The position numbers and the translations under genes are program-made. A DNA stretch of 64,000 nt from Octopus vulgaris. Its lineage: Eukaryota. Of this stretch, positions 29,369 to 41,799 are shown piece after piece (positions within the stretch are counted from its first letter, which is position 1; the number at the start of each line of letters is the position of its first letter). Under the pieces are notes generated by a model. That model saw only the letters and a program-made list of their open reading frames with translations, was not told the origin of the DNA and ran no database searches. The DNA is taken from NCBI GenBank assembly GCA_951406725.2, contig OX597831.1, positions 55,180,001-55,244,000 of the forward strand, written 5' to 3'.

Positions 29369-29599
29369 CTACATATTCTTATATCAGTCATAAGCAAGCT
29401 GTGGTCCATGGGACTTTCTGAAGGAAAAACACGTTGGAAAAACACCAAGGAAAACACCTTGAATTTTTTAGTAGTGCAGCCTACTTGATGATGAGCCATA
29501 TTTCATGCAACTTGCTTCTCAAAAAAGGTTGCCCGTGTCTGGTCTATATAATGGTAACTCTTCACTTCTAGTGGGTAGACACTGATTCTGAGGCATAAT

Positions 29600-29905
29600 C
29601 AGATGAAACAGGAGAATCTACTGTTGAAGCAAAACAAGTAAAAGTGCAAACCAAATCCAATGGAATCTCAGAGGGAAAGTAAGGCATACGTAGTTAATAA
29701 CCTACAAGAGCCAGTGATTCCAATGCTAATACAAATATGGTCTGTTAGAGACTCTGTACCTGGACTTAAAAATAAGAAACAGAGAGCTTCATTATAGCAG
29801 CTCAAGATCAATGTCTACTTACTAAAAATTACCAAGCTTAACATGGTGCTGGTCCTTCATACTGCTTGTGTGGTACAACCAGAGAAACAATTGACCATCC
29901 ATGCT
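29600..29905 (+). mobile_element. R4/Dong-clade LINE fragment (region before and into the zinc knuckle), decayed
   Basis: PGLK..ETESFIIAAQDQCLLTKNYQA...YCLCGTTRETIDH, resembling ETEGFIIAAQDQ..TRNY..CRLC..ETIDH. Confidence 0.8.
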
Positions 29906-30469
29906 AGCTTCATATGACTTTGCTAATTGCCACGATAAACTTGGTCACTACCTGTAGTGGATCAAATGCTGCCAGAGCCTGTATAGTCTCACTTTTAACA
30001 CTAATCAAATTAGTGCTTGGCATGTAGTGGGGTTGATTCAAGGAACTACAATTCATTTTCTTAAACTTATGCTCAAATACCAATGCTAAAAATTACCACC
30101 ACCATTATCCCCCCTTGTTGTCATCGTCATCATCATCATCATCACTGCTAATACTTTCATCTTCCGAAGATCTAAAAATAAGTTACAACCAACAACTGAG
30201 TTTGATTGATTTGGTGACCCCCTCCAAAAATATCTGGTCTAATTCCAATGTTAGCAAACTTTATTATTATTATTATTATTATTATCATTATTATGATAAA
30301 ATAAAGTGTCAGTCAAGTTGATGGTAAGGGGCTTTGATGTAATTTACTAACTCTATGTGCCCTCAAAACTGCTGGCCTTGTGTCTAAACTAAAAACAATT
30401 ATTATGTTTATTATTAAAGACAGGAAGTTGGCAGAATCATTAAGATAATTAGCAGGTAAAATCATTAGA

Positions 30470-30778
30470 ACGTGAGGTTGTGAGTTTAATTCCCAGACTG
30501 GGCTGCGTGTTGTGTTCTTGAGCAAGACACTTTATTTCACGTTGCGGCAGTTTACTCATTGTAGAGATGAGTTGCGACATCACTGGTGCCAAGCTTTTGC
30601 CTTTCCCTTGGACAACATCGGTGGAATGGAAAGAGGAGGCTGGTATGCATGGGTGACTGCTGATCTTCCATAAAAACAACCTTAGGTTGTGCATTCACCG
30701 GTGAGGCAACTTTCTGCCCAGACTTGTACCCCAGAGGGGAACCTCTTAGGTGCACCCATGGTCATTCATGACCGACAG
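30470..30778 (+). mobile_element. SINE family C, 5'-truncated
   Basis: Matches the copy at 9283 from the B-box onward. Confidence 0.8.
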
Positions 30779-31310
30779 AGTTGAGTTCTGCTAAGGTGAA
30801 TTTGCCTAAATCAGAACCAATTGTTATTAATTTCTATGTGATCATGAATGTAATCATTGGTTTTGACTATTTCCGCATTCTTAGCAACAATGTCTGTTGT
30901 TTCCCTCACGTTCTTCCTTTAACTGTAGTTAGACCTAGTAGAACAAAGTGGTTTTATTATTTTTGTTCTTGTTTTATTTTTATTTTTAAACTGCCATAAT
31001 AGGAATAAGACATTGCAAATGAGAATTGTCAATCATCTTAACACACCAAGTTTGTTCTATTGAAAGATATATTCTCAGTAATCTCTCAGAAGAATCAGTC
31101 ACCATGACTAATTCTGAGGTTATCTTTGTCCTACCATCATGCTATCAATCGATCCACTGTAGATATTTATTCAGTTGTCTTCAGGCATCCACTCCAAGTC
31201 AAACGACTACAATAACTGGACATTATATCTCTTACAGCAGTGTTAGACTCTCTAAGTTAAATATATAAGAAGCACATAGAACTTGATCTTGTTCTAATTT
31301 CCTTTATGAT

Positions 31311-31349
<39 letters not shown>

Positions 31350-31532
31350 CACACAACAAGAGGTTGAACAAACTGCTGGTAGTAACAGTCAAATCTCACT
31401 CAAATATTACACCTAACTGTCTTGAAAATAAACTAGAACACTGGATAATGTATTCTTAGATGGAATAATTTTAAACATAAGTCAGCCCTGTCAGATTAGA
31501 GTTCACTAGTCATCTCACTGTCAGTGAATTAA

Positions 31533-31756
31533 CTCTTTAGCATTTAAACCAGCCATAACCAGCCCAAATATTCTATCTGTTCTTTGTTCAAACTGACCAA
31601 ATTTGGCCTTTCACACCTACACTACTGCAATGTCATTCTAAAACTAAACACTCTCATCATTGAAATCTTAAAACTACAAGAAAATGCACAAGTAATTCAA
31701 AATAATGTGAATAAATAAGCAATTACATTTGACAGAGTAATTTGAATGTTAAAGGG
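31533..31756 (-). mobile_element. piggyBac-type MITE (family E)
   Basis: TTAA-ctctttagcatt...aatgttaaaggg-ttga. Confidence 0.8.
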
Positions 31757-32029
31757 TTGAATCTTTAGTGCAACAATCTATTCCACATTAAATTCAAAAT
31801 ATAAAGACCATTCACTACCAGACAGACATTTTCCTTGGCAATGAAAGATTTCAACCATGTTACCTAAGAAGTGATTTGAATACTAGCAATTCCAAATTCA
31901 AATGCTCTTAAAAAAAATTTGTGTTTATGCATGCAAATTCTGTGTAAATACTTATAATATTAGCTTCAATCTCGGCACAAGGCCAGCAATTTCAGGGGAT
32001 ACAAATTTTAAAATCTGATACTTTACCAG

Positions 32030-33160
32030 TTACTGAACTGCCAAGTTATGGGGACATTAACAAACAAACACTGGTTGTCAGTGATGGTGGTGGTGGTGGT
32101 GGGTGCCAAAATAAACTCAAAGATACACACACACACACACACACACACACATCTATGACAAACTTCCACACAGTTTCCATCAACCAAATTCACTCACAAG
32201 GCATTGGTCAGTCCAAGTTCTAGCAGAAGATTCTTGCCGAAGATGCTGCACAGTGTATCTGAACCTAAAATCATATGGTCGCAAAGCAAGCTTCTTAACC
32301 ACACAGCAATGCCAATGCCTTTGGAAGAGTTCTTTGAATAACTGAGTGACTTCAGTAAGAACAAAGTGGACAAATTTAACAATTAAGTCATTTCTTTATG
32401 TTGGATCAACAGGGCTGCAACTTGACTCTGTGACTTCTATATGAATAGAGATGAGAGAAAAAGAAGTCCACTTAGATTGGATATTTGCCTATCGTATTTA
32501 ATTTCTCATTAAAAAAAAGGCACAGACATGGCTGTATAAGAGGTTTGCTTCCCAACCATATGGTTTGGGATTTGGTCCCACTGTGTGGCACCTTGAGCAA
32601 ATGTCTTCTACTATAACCTCTGATGAACCAAACCCTTGTGATTGGGTTTGGTAGACAGAAACTAAAAGTTTCATGTGTGTGCGCGCGTGCGCTTGTGTGT
32701 GTGGGTGTGTGTATGTGTGTGTGTGTGCATGCATACGTGTGAGTTTGTGTGTATGCAAGTAAGTTAATATCAAACAAGAATGGGTCCTCAACACCTCATT
32801 AGTGGATAAAAATTATTTATTTACAGGTTAAGGTTATCATTAGTTTCATGTTTAGAGAAATCCCTTTACAATTATCAAGCCTGCCACATGGAACATCAGT
32901 GTTCATTTCTATCTTGGAGATATACATCTATGTGTATTTGTGTTTGTGTTTGTCACACCAACATACACACTATTGTTTGACAACTGTTGTTGGTTTATTT
33001 ACATCCCTGTAACTTAGAAATTTGGCAAAAGATATTAGTAGAACAAATAGCAGACTTTAAAAAAATAAGTCTCAGGGTTGATTTGTTTGACTAAACCCTT
33101 CAAGGCAGTGCCCCAGCATGGCCACATCCTAATAACTGAAACAAGAAAAATATAAAGATA
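32030..33160. mobile_element. Two head-to-head SINE family A copies (32030-32310 minus; 32519-33160 plus, split)
   Basis: Family A motifs in opposite orientations. Confidence 0.75.
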
Positions 33161-34010
33161 AAAAATGCTCCTAAATTTGCCAGGAAATACCAATTCTTGA
33201 TATTTATTCCCCACACTATTTTTGTGAAGTCAGATAATGTAGAATAAAATGCTCCTCTTAGAAACAGAAAGAAACACCTCCTACAGATTTGAACTCATGT
33301 ACCTTAAGCTGGTACTTCAATACCTTATCCCCTCAGTCATTTTGTTTTTCCTATAAGTAATTATTATGTTGTAATTGATGACTACATTGGTATTTGAAGA
33401 GTTCTTTAGACAAAGCACCTAAAAATGCCATTGTCTAAGATATTCATATCAGACAAGTATACTTTAGAAAATTAATGCCATATAAATTCTATTTTAAGAA
33501 CAAACCAATTTAGACATTTCATATACATTTATAATGAAATTTAATTTAGGGAAGTAGATGTCAAATTCTATTTTAGGAGAAGTATTTGATAAAATTCAGA
33601 AAAAAAATGTCTTTCATATAATTATAATATTCAAGAAAAAAATTACATTATATATTGTTTTGTAACTCTTAAGCAAAACACTTTATACAATGTCTTAACT
33701 CTTCTTGGTTCAGTTTTCTCATTTATGTGCAAGTGAATAGATACAGCTCACCGATGCAAAGAGTGGGAGCACTGCTTAATTAACAAATGTCTCATAAACT
33801 GATACACTAAGACTAGTGTCTGCATTTTGGTCATAACAGTCACAACATTTTGACAGTTGCATCCTTTCAAATCAAACCAAGGGTTCGACTGTTCTCATTC
33901 TGTTCTCCACACCAGAGATATTCTGTTAATCACCCTCCTCCTTCTGGTGCTGCTTCATTGTTCCACTTGAACTAGAATATGTATTGTTTGACTGAGTCGG
34001 GTATTAGACT

Positions 34011-34215
34011 AAGGCGGCGAGCTGGCAGAAACGTTAGCACGCTGGGCGAAATGCTTAGCGGTATTTCGTCTGCGTTACGTTCTGAGTTCAAATTCCGCCC
34101 AGGTCGATAAATTAAGAACCAGTTACGCACTGGGGTCGATGTAATTGACTTAATACCTATGTCTGTCCTTGTTTGTCCCCTCTGTGTTTAGCCCCTTGTG
34201 GGTAATAAAGAAATA
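34011..34215 (+). mobile_element. SINE family B with 11-bp TSD and an internal deletion
   Basis: TSD ggtattagact at 34000-34010 and 34216-34226; the core between two ggtcga repeats is missing. Confidence 0.9.
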
Positions 34216-34323
34216 GGTATTAGACTTACTCTACCTAAACTTAATCAATGCTTACATTCACTATCTCAAAACATTTTAATAATTTCTCACATTTCCCCAT
34301 TGTATAGTAACGATAATTCTGCA

Positions 34324-34398
34324 GACCTTGTGGCACAATGGTAGTGCACCTGACACCTGATCAGAAGAAGGCTGAGTGTTCGAACCATGTTGGGGTCA
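34324..34398 (+). pseudogene. tRNA-Trp-derived pseudogene (anticodon now CCT)
   Basis: gaccttgtggcacaatggtagtgcacctgacacctgatcagaagaaggctgagtgttcgaaccatgttggggtca aligns end to end with recalled metazoan tRNA-Trp(CCA). It differs by about 7 CpG transitions, T33>A, CCA>CCT and a gaa duplication. Confidence 0.85.
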
Positions 34399-34413
34399 AT
34401 GAAATATTTTTAG

Positions 34414-34810
34414 TGTAGGTGTGGCTGTGTGGACAAGAAGCTTGCTTCCAAACCATGTGGTCTTGGTTTCAGTCCCACTGCATGGCACATTGGACAAGTC
34501 TTATTCTACTATAGTCCCATGCTGACCAGAGCCTTGTGAGTGGATTTGGTGGACAAAAACTGAAAGAAGCTTATCATATGTATGTGTGTGTATAAATCTA
34601 TGTGTGCTTTTGTGTTTGTATTTGTTTGTCCTCCACCACCGCTTGACAGCCAGTGTTGGTTTGTTTACATTCCTGTTCAGCAAAAGACACCAATAGAATA
34701 AGTACCAGACTTAAAATATAAGTTCAAATTTGTTTGACTAAAAATCCTTCAAAGTTGTACCCCAGTATGGCAACAGCCCAATGCCTTAAACAAGTAAACA
34801 ATAAAAGAAA
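34414..34810 (+). mobile_element. SINE family A
   Basis: Full-length diverged copy. Confidence 0.85.
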
Positions 34811-35340
34811 GATCTTTGAAATTCAGACAAAACAAGTAATTCATTAACTTGCAGTGCTATGTTTAAGTCTTTTTGGAGAAGGCAACTGGGAAGCTCTCCA
34901 GTATTCAGTCTCAGACTATAAGGAACCAATCGTCCCCAGTCATCCTCAAGTAGGATCTCTATTGGTCAATGTCAATCATACATCAGTACATATATGTGTA
35001 AAACTGGGCAAGATTTTTTTTTTCAGGAAAACTAGCAGCTGCTCATGCAGGCAAGCTTCCCCTTTTTATACCACAAATCTTTATTCATGGAAAAGACTAA
35101 TGATTTTGGCCAATACAGTCTGGCACCAGTGTTATTGTAGGCATTGCTATTAGAACACAAAGAGCCAGGACAGATACCACAAGACATCCCGCCTGGTCCA
35201 CCACTACCATGGATATGCATTTAAAAAAAATTTTTTTTATCAAGTCTGAAAATAAAAATGAAAGGCAAACTTAGCCTCAGTAGGATTTGAACTCAGTGTG
35301 CTGCAAGTTAGAATAAATACTGAGCTATGCTTTGCTTTAA

Positions 35341-35559
35341 CCCTTTAGCATTCAGATTACTCTGTCAAATATAACGCTTATTAATTCACATTGTTTTGAT
35401 TTAATCTGCATTATTATATAGCTTTGAGATTTTGATGAGGTGATTGTTTATTTTTAGAAAGACATTGCTGGGTAGGTGTGAGAGGCCAGATGTGGCTGGT
35501 TTGGACATAAAACAGATTGAATATTTTGGCCAGATATGATTAGTTTAAATGTTAAAGGC
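35341..35559 (+). mobile_element. piggyBac-type MITE (family E)
   Basis: TTAA-ccctttagcatt...aatgttaaaggc-TTAA. Confidence 0.85.
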
Positions 35560-35762
35560 TTAATGACTTTGCCAACTAGCTACTATCTCAGTCAGCCTTA
35601 GCACTGGATTTAGAGCCTTCTCTGATTCAAGCTATGCAAGATGTCTCAGATGAAACAGTCCTCTCACATATAAAGCTCATCATGTCCAGTATCCACAGCA
35701 CCAGGTTGCTTGTAGTAGATTTCATAATAAACCTGACTAATGATATACCCTTTCTTATTTAA

Positions 35763-35982
35763 GCATTTAGCATTGAAAGTGGCCATATCCACCCTAAATA
35801 TTCTACCTGTTTTCTGTTCAAACCAGCCAGATCTGATCTTTCATGCCAACCCTACAATATCATTCTAAAAGTAAACAATCGCACCATCAAAATCTTAGAG
35901 CTACAAGAGAAAGCATGACTAATTCAAAACAATGTGAATAAATAAGCATTACATCAGACAGAGTAAGCTGAAGGCTGAAGGA
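35763..35982 (-). mobile_element. piggyBac-type MITE (family E), inverted relative to the 35341 copy
   Basis: TTAA on both sides; the internal sequence is the reverse complement of family E. Confidence 0.8.
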
Positions 35983-36462
35983 TTAAAAAATATTCGAAGA
36001 TGATACAAATCTGAAAATTTGTTTGAATAATCCACACTGAATAAAATATTTAAATTGTGCTGTGGATATCGTTTATCTAAGAATTACCAAAACAAAAAAA
36101 AAAGAAAGAAAAAAGAAGGAAAACATAAGATTTAGTAAAGTTGATTTTTTTATGATATCAAATAATAAATCAGCATATTTTTGCTTATGTTAATCACAAA
36201 GTTACAACATAATACAAAATAACAATTGCACCATATCCAAAGAGATATATTGCACACTTCAATTATTAATGAGTTGGTAAGAGTTTTTCAGAATACTTTA
36301 GTATTCTTTTGAGTCCAACTTTGACAAAATTGGCTCTTCTAAGATTCAGAACAGTTAGTTTTCTTGAGTTAAACCAGAAACTGAGGTATCGTGTTCCTGC
36401 TAAACAACTGCCAATTTTCAATCACAGCACAGAAGAGAGCCAAAATCTACTCATACTTTAAT

Positions 36463-36892
36463 CTTTTCTACTCTAGGCACAGGGCCTGAAATTTTGGGGG
36501 AGGGAGCCAGTCAATTAGATCGACTCCAGTATGCAACTGGTACTTAATTTATCGACACCGAAAGGATAAAAGGCAAAGTTGACCTCAGCGGAATTTGAAC
36601 TCAGAATGTAAAGACAGACGAAATACCACTAAGCATTTCGCCCAGCATGCTAATGTTTCTTATTTCTTTATTGCCCACAAGGGGCTAAACATAGAGGGGA
36701 CATACAAGGACAGACAAAGAGATTAAGTTAATTATATTGACCCCAGTGCTTAACTGGTACTTAATTTATCGACCCCGAAAGGATGAAAGGCAAAGTCGAC
36801 CTCAGCAGAATTTGAACTCAGAACGAAATGGCAGATGAAATACCGCTAAGCATTTCACCCGGCGTGCTAACGTTTCTGCCAGCTCACCGCCT
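36463..36892 (-). mobile_element. Dimeric family B SINE under one TSD
   Basis: Two tandem B bodies with different tails; 17-bp TSD tctact(c/a)atactttaat at 36446-36462 and 36893-36909. Confidence 0.8.
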
Positions 36893-37569
36893 TCTACTAA
36901 TACTTTAATGAGTTAATGCTTATATTTTGCTAATCATTTGATTATGACCTTTTGCATTTCCACTTCTATAATGGAATTTGAATGAGCTACCATTATTACA
37001 TTGCAGCTAAGGTGGCAAGCTGGCAGAATTGTTAGCATGTCAGGCAAAATACTTAGTGGTATTTCATCCATCTTTAAGTTCTGAGTTCAAATTCTACTGG
37101 GGAAAAACTGTAATTGACTTACCCCCTGCCCCAAAATAACTGGCCTTGTGCCAAAATTTGAAACCAATATATTACTGGTACTTGTTTTATAAAACTTGAA
37201 TAGACGAACAGCAAGGTTGGCATGAACGAGATTTTAAATTCAAAATTAAACTGATCAAAATTAGAGCATTTTGTCGAGTCTACCAGAAGTACATGAAAAA
37301 TAAATATTAAGCTAAAATCAAAGACATAAACTGTAACATCCATCTCCTACCTTCATCATCAAATATTCCCATCTCTGTGCCCCACCCGTCTACTTTTTCT
37401 CTCCTTCATGTTGTGGTTGGTCTCTTCTTTTTCTATACCAATCACTTTTCTTTCACCCACAACTTTCTAGTCAACATGTTCACAATATACTCATTTTCTT
37501 TACAATGATAAGTAATGCCTGTAAAAGCTAACTTTCTCCCCCCACCCCACAGAATGTGACCTTTCTACG

Positions 37570-37822
37570 TTTTAGTTTAAAATTCTTCCAGTGTTTATCT
37601 AGTCTCTTCTTGAAATTGGCTGGTTGTTTTCAACTCAACAACCTTCCATGGTAATTGATTTCAGTTTGCATTGATTCTGTTCAAGAAGATTTGATGTCCA
37701 CTCAACTTCTTGTATAATTTCTTAAGCAATTTTAACAAACGTCCTCACGCTAATGACTGACTGAATTTCAAGATATCACACTTGTTTGGAAATTTGCTTT
37801 TCCTATCATTATGTTGTAAATA
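37570..37822 (-). mobile_element. CR1-type LINE ORF2 C-terminal remnant
   Basis: Minus frames give IFLNRINAN*NQLPWKVV..FKKRLDKHWKN, resembling FFSxRVVxxWNxLP..FKxRLDKHW. Confidence 0.6.
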
Positions 37823-37824
37823 CC

Positions 37825-38040
37825 TAAGGTGGAAAACTGGCAGAATGGTTACTGTGCTAGGAAAAATGCTTAGCAACATTTCATCTGTCTTTACATTCTG
37901 AGTTCAAATTCCACTGAGGTTGACTTTGCCTGTCATGTTTTTGGGGTTGATAAAATAAGTACCAGTTGCACACTGAGGTCAAGGTAATCAACTACCCATC
38001 TTCTTCAAAATTGCTGGCCTTGTGCCAAAATTTGAAGCCA
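37825..38040 (+). mobile_element. SINE family B (old subfamily)
   Basis: ggtggaaaactggcagaat...gagttcaaattcc...ggggttgataaaataagtaccag; related copies at ~37010-37170(+) and ~38850-39062(-). Confidence 0.75.
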
Positions 38041-38463
38041 TTATGGTGTAGGCACATATCATATCTTTGTGGAGTATGAAAGGAAAAGCTCCCTGCAATT
38101 AGATATTTCACCTTTTCTCCTAGCCAAGGCAATATTGCAGCTTGGCCTTAGCAATGATAACTAAAACAAACTGAAGAACTAAGATAGGAAAAACATAGGG
38201 TGAGACTGTTACAGTTGAAATGACTAAGAGAAACATTTGAGTCAAGCAACATTCCTAGCAATATAAAGCAAAACACTGGAAATTTGCTCATGTATAGCGT
38301 AATAAATTTATTAAGAAAAAACATGTGGATCAAAAGTGGGGAGGAAGAATAATATACATTTTCAATACAAAAAGAATAGGGAGAGCTTAGATTATGTTTG
38401 AGAAAGCATTGTTCATAAGTAAAAAAAACTGTACATACTGTATTCATTTATCTGAAGTGGGGT

Positions 38464-38646
38464 GAGGTCCAGTATCCATAGCCTTTAAGGCACTTCTGAC
38501 TAGGCTATAAGGATAACAGGGTGTACTTAGTGCAGTTTGAATGGTTATAGGTTAGTAGCATGAAAACATTGGTACCAAGAGATAGAAAGAGAGACAGATG
38601 TAGCTTTGATGAAAGCCCTCTTCTCCTTCCCTCTCTCTCTCCCACT

Positions 38647-38695
<49 letters not shown>

Positions 38696-38834
38696 GATGA
38701 TGATAGAGATGATTTTATCTGTCCCTGGTTATTAACCTGCAACCATTCAAACTGCATTCGACTGCATTAATTACACTCTGTTAACCCTGATAGCCCAATC
38801 GAAGAGTGTCTAAAAGGTAATGCATGCTTACCTC
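38464..38834. repeat. Diverged ~100-bp inverted repeat around a (CT)n-containing spacer
   Basis: tgcagtttgaatggtt pairs perfectly with aaccattcaaactgca; pairing extends with mismatches to gaggt/acctc. Confidence 0.75.
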
Positions 38835-40545
38835 TCAAACAAATGAATAATTCTTTCTACTATAGACACAAGGCATGAAATTTCGAGGGAGTGGAGTGGG
38901 GGTAAGTCACTCACATTGACCCCAGTTAACAACTGGTACTTATTTTATCGATCCCTAAAGGGTGAAAGGTAAAGTCAGAACGTTCTGAACTCAGAACGTA
39001 GTGACAGGCGAAATACTGCTAAGCATTTCGTCCAGCACGCTAACAATTCTGCCAGCTTGCCAACTTCAAATAAATGAATAATGTACTATATTCACTATAG
39101 TACAATGTGAACCCAGTAAAATACAACCCTTGCGTTGTGTACCTAAAAATCAGTAACATATTTTATCCTCTTATCTATTTTCTAACACACAAATATAATA
39201 CTACTCACCATCCTTCACAGGTGCATTAAGTAGAGTTAGATAGGAGGGGAGGTAGATTAGGCTCTGAAAAAAATGAAGGTTTTATTTACTGTATTTTTTC
39301 TTTTTTTTCTATTTTTTTTTTTGTTTGTCCATTTCAAATACTTTCTACTGATAAGACAATAAGCAGTTTCACATTCAATATCATGACTTTATAACACGGT
39401 CAGGTATGATAATAGCAATGTCTGCAAAATCTAATAATACTGCCATCCAACAGTGCTTTATTTTAAATACTAATGTTTCAGTTGCAGAAGACATTAAGGC
39501 CCTAAACAGATCAATAAACATTTATTCTAACAAATTACTTTTGGGATTTTATTACTTTTCAAACCTGGCATTTGAATTTGGAGTTAATAACTGAATATTG
39601 CCTGCAACAAGATAAACTACCAATAAAGTGGTGTACAGTTTAAGCAAAAACAAAAAAAGAAAGAAAAAGAAAAGCAATTCATTGAATTAGAAATAACAAC
39701 TTCACAGTATTTGGCAAATATATAAATGTAATTCTCCGACTTCATAAGAAGCATCGAGAATTGCGTTCATGATTTTGCCATTCATCCTCAACAGCGTAAC
39801 TATTAATGCCAGCTATCCTTTATCAAAAATATTAATCTTTATAAATGCTTCAGTATGAATGTAACTAAACCATAAAATATTTGCTCTGTCCGTGTGTGTA
39901 TGACTATGCATGTGTGTGTGTGTGTGTTTTGTGTACACTTTCATGTGTAAAAATTGAAAAGATGTGAAAAGATGCAAAGTCTATATAACTAAGGTAGCAA
40001 AACAGTTGTATAAGAGTTATAGATTTGTATGTTGCTAGTGAATTAGATTCTATTTTTAAAATAATTCTGAGCAAAGAATGGCACTATCCAACTCTATGCA
40101 AATGGTCAACCTGCTAGAAATAGCAGCCAAATCTCCTTCAAAAACCACGGCCTACTGACTTAAAAATGTATATACAGGATAATGAAAACCTAGGAATAAT
40201 TTTTCTGAAAAAAAAAAAAAGAAAGACAAGATCATGAGAGGATGAGTGTCTTAAAATTTGTATGGTAGAATTAACCTGCTACCTGCTTTAACATCACCAC
40301 TAAGCTATTGGGTGCCTTTAGTGAACTCCCAATCTGTTGCAAGCATCCAAGTCAGGACTCTGATCAGAGGAATCTTCTTCTGTTTCATCTCCCTCATCTT
40401 AGAGACTTCAAACAGTGCCATGAGTACTGGCATTCCTCCTCTGATTAAGCCATTTAAAACAAAAAAAAACGCAACTGAGACTATTTAGTATGTAGACGGT
40501 CGACCGTTTGGAAAACCTAGGTGCTGTAACCATCTCACTTTTATA

Positions 40546-40926
40546 GGCACAGGTGTAGCTGTGTGGTTAGAAGCTTGCTTCCCAACCACATGGATCAGGG
40601 TTCAATCCCACTGTGTGGTACCTTAGGCAAATGTCCTCTACTATAGCCTCAGGCCAACCATTGCCTTGTGAGTGGATTTGGTCAACAGAAACTGAAAGAA
40701 CTCCATCGTATATGTATGTGTACTTATCCCCTACCACTGCTTGGCAACTGGTGTTGGTTTGTATTCGTCCCTGTAATTTAATAATTTGGCAAAAAGAGAC
40801 CAACAGAATAAGTACCAGGCTTTAAAAATAAGTACTAGGGTTGATTCATTCAACTAAAAGTCCTTCAAGGCAGTGTCCTTGCAAGGCCACAGTGTTTATT
40901 GACTAAGACAGATAAAAGATGAAAGA
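40546..40926 (+). mobile_element. SINE family A
   Basis: Full-length copy. Confidence 0.85.
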
Positions 40927-41051
40927 TCTGGGATTAAATAGCAATGACAACCAAGGAATAATTGAGTTTATGTGCTGTTTGAGAGATAATATTTAGTTGG
41001 GTAACATTTATTCCTTACATATATCTTTTATCTTTTATTTATTACTTGTTT

Positions 41052-41091
41052 CAGTCCACTCAGCTGTAATTAATTACAGCTGAGTGGACTG
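41052..41091. repeat. Perfect 40-bp palindrome
   Basis: cagtccactcagctgtaatt|aattacagctgagtggactg. Confidence 0.95.
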
Positions 41092-41354
41092 GAGAGTTTT
41101 GTTCAAGAACACAATATACTGCTGGTCTGAGGATTTAAACCACTATCTTACAATCATGAGTGTAACACCCTAACCACTAAGCCACACACATTCACATACA
41201 TATTTGTGTGTGTGTGTGGGGGGGGGGGGTGCATGCGTACACGTGTTTGTATGTGTGTGTGCATATATGTATATAAAAAGTCACAAGACACCATGGTGAA
41301 TCTAAGAAGTAGGTACAAGAGGTGGTCAGACTGCATAAGGAGTAGACAACCACC

Positions 41355-41394
<40 letters not shown>

Positions 41395-41565
41395 GGCGGT
41401 GCATCAGCATGGCTGCAGCTCTGAGCTGAAACTAGAGAAAAAAAAAATATATATATATATATATATATTACGGGAAGGTTTACGAAAATAAACAAAAGAT
41501 GAAGGCAGGTGGAGTACAAACAAATAATGTATTAGTATGGCGCTCAGGAATAGAAATAAAACAAG

Positions 41566-41603
41566 TCTTTTATGTTTCGAGCATATACTCTTCAACAGAA
41601 AGA
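41566..41603 (-). ncRNA. Minimal type I hammerhead-like motif (core CUGUUGA) in a short PLE-type repeat (~41470-41680)
   Basis: Minus strand: tcttt-CTGTTGA-a-gagt atat gctc-GAAA-cata-aaaga; stem I tcttt/aaaga. Confidence 0.6.
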
Positions 41604-41677
41604 TACACAGAAAAGAAATAAGGAGAGACACAAGGAGAGAAAAAAATTGTGTGTAGGGGCTAACGATACAACATGGC

Positions 41678-41728
<51 letters not shown>

Positions 41729-41756
41729 GCACACACACACATACACACACATACAT

Positions 41757-41799
<43 letters not shown>

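Noticed and set aside
33748-33975. Minus-strand exon candidate ending at a gtgag donor
   Set aside because: Stops in all frames across the interval; Cys-rich remnants look more like a decayed transposase.
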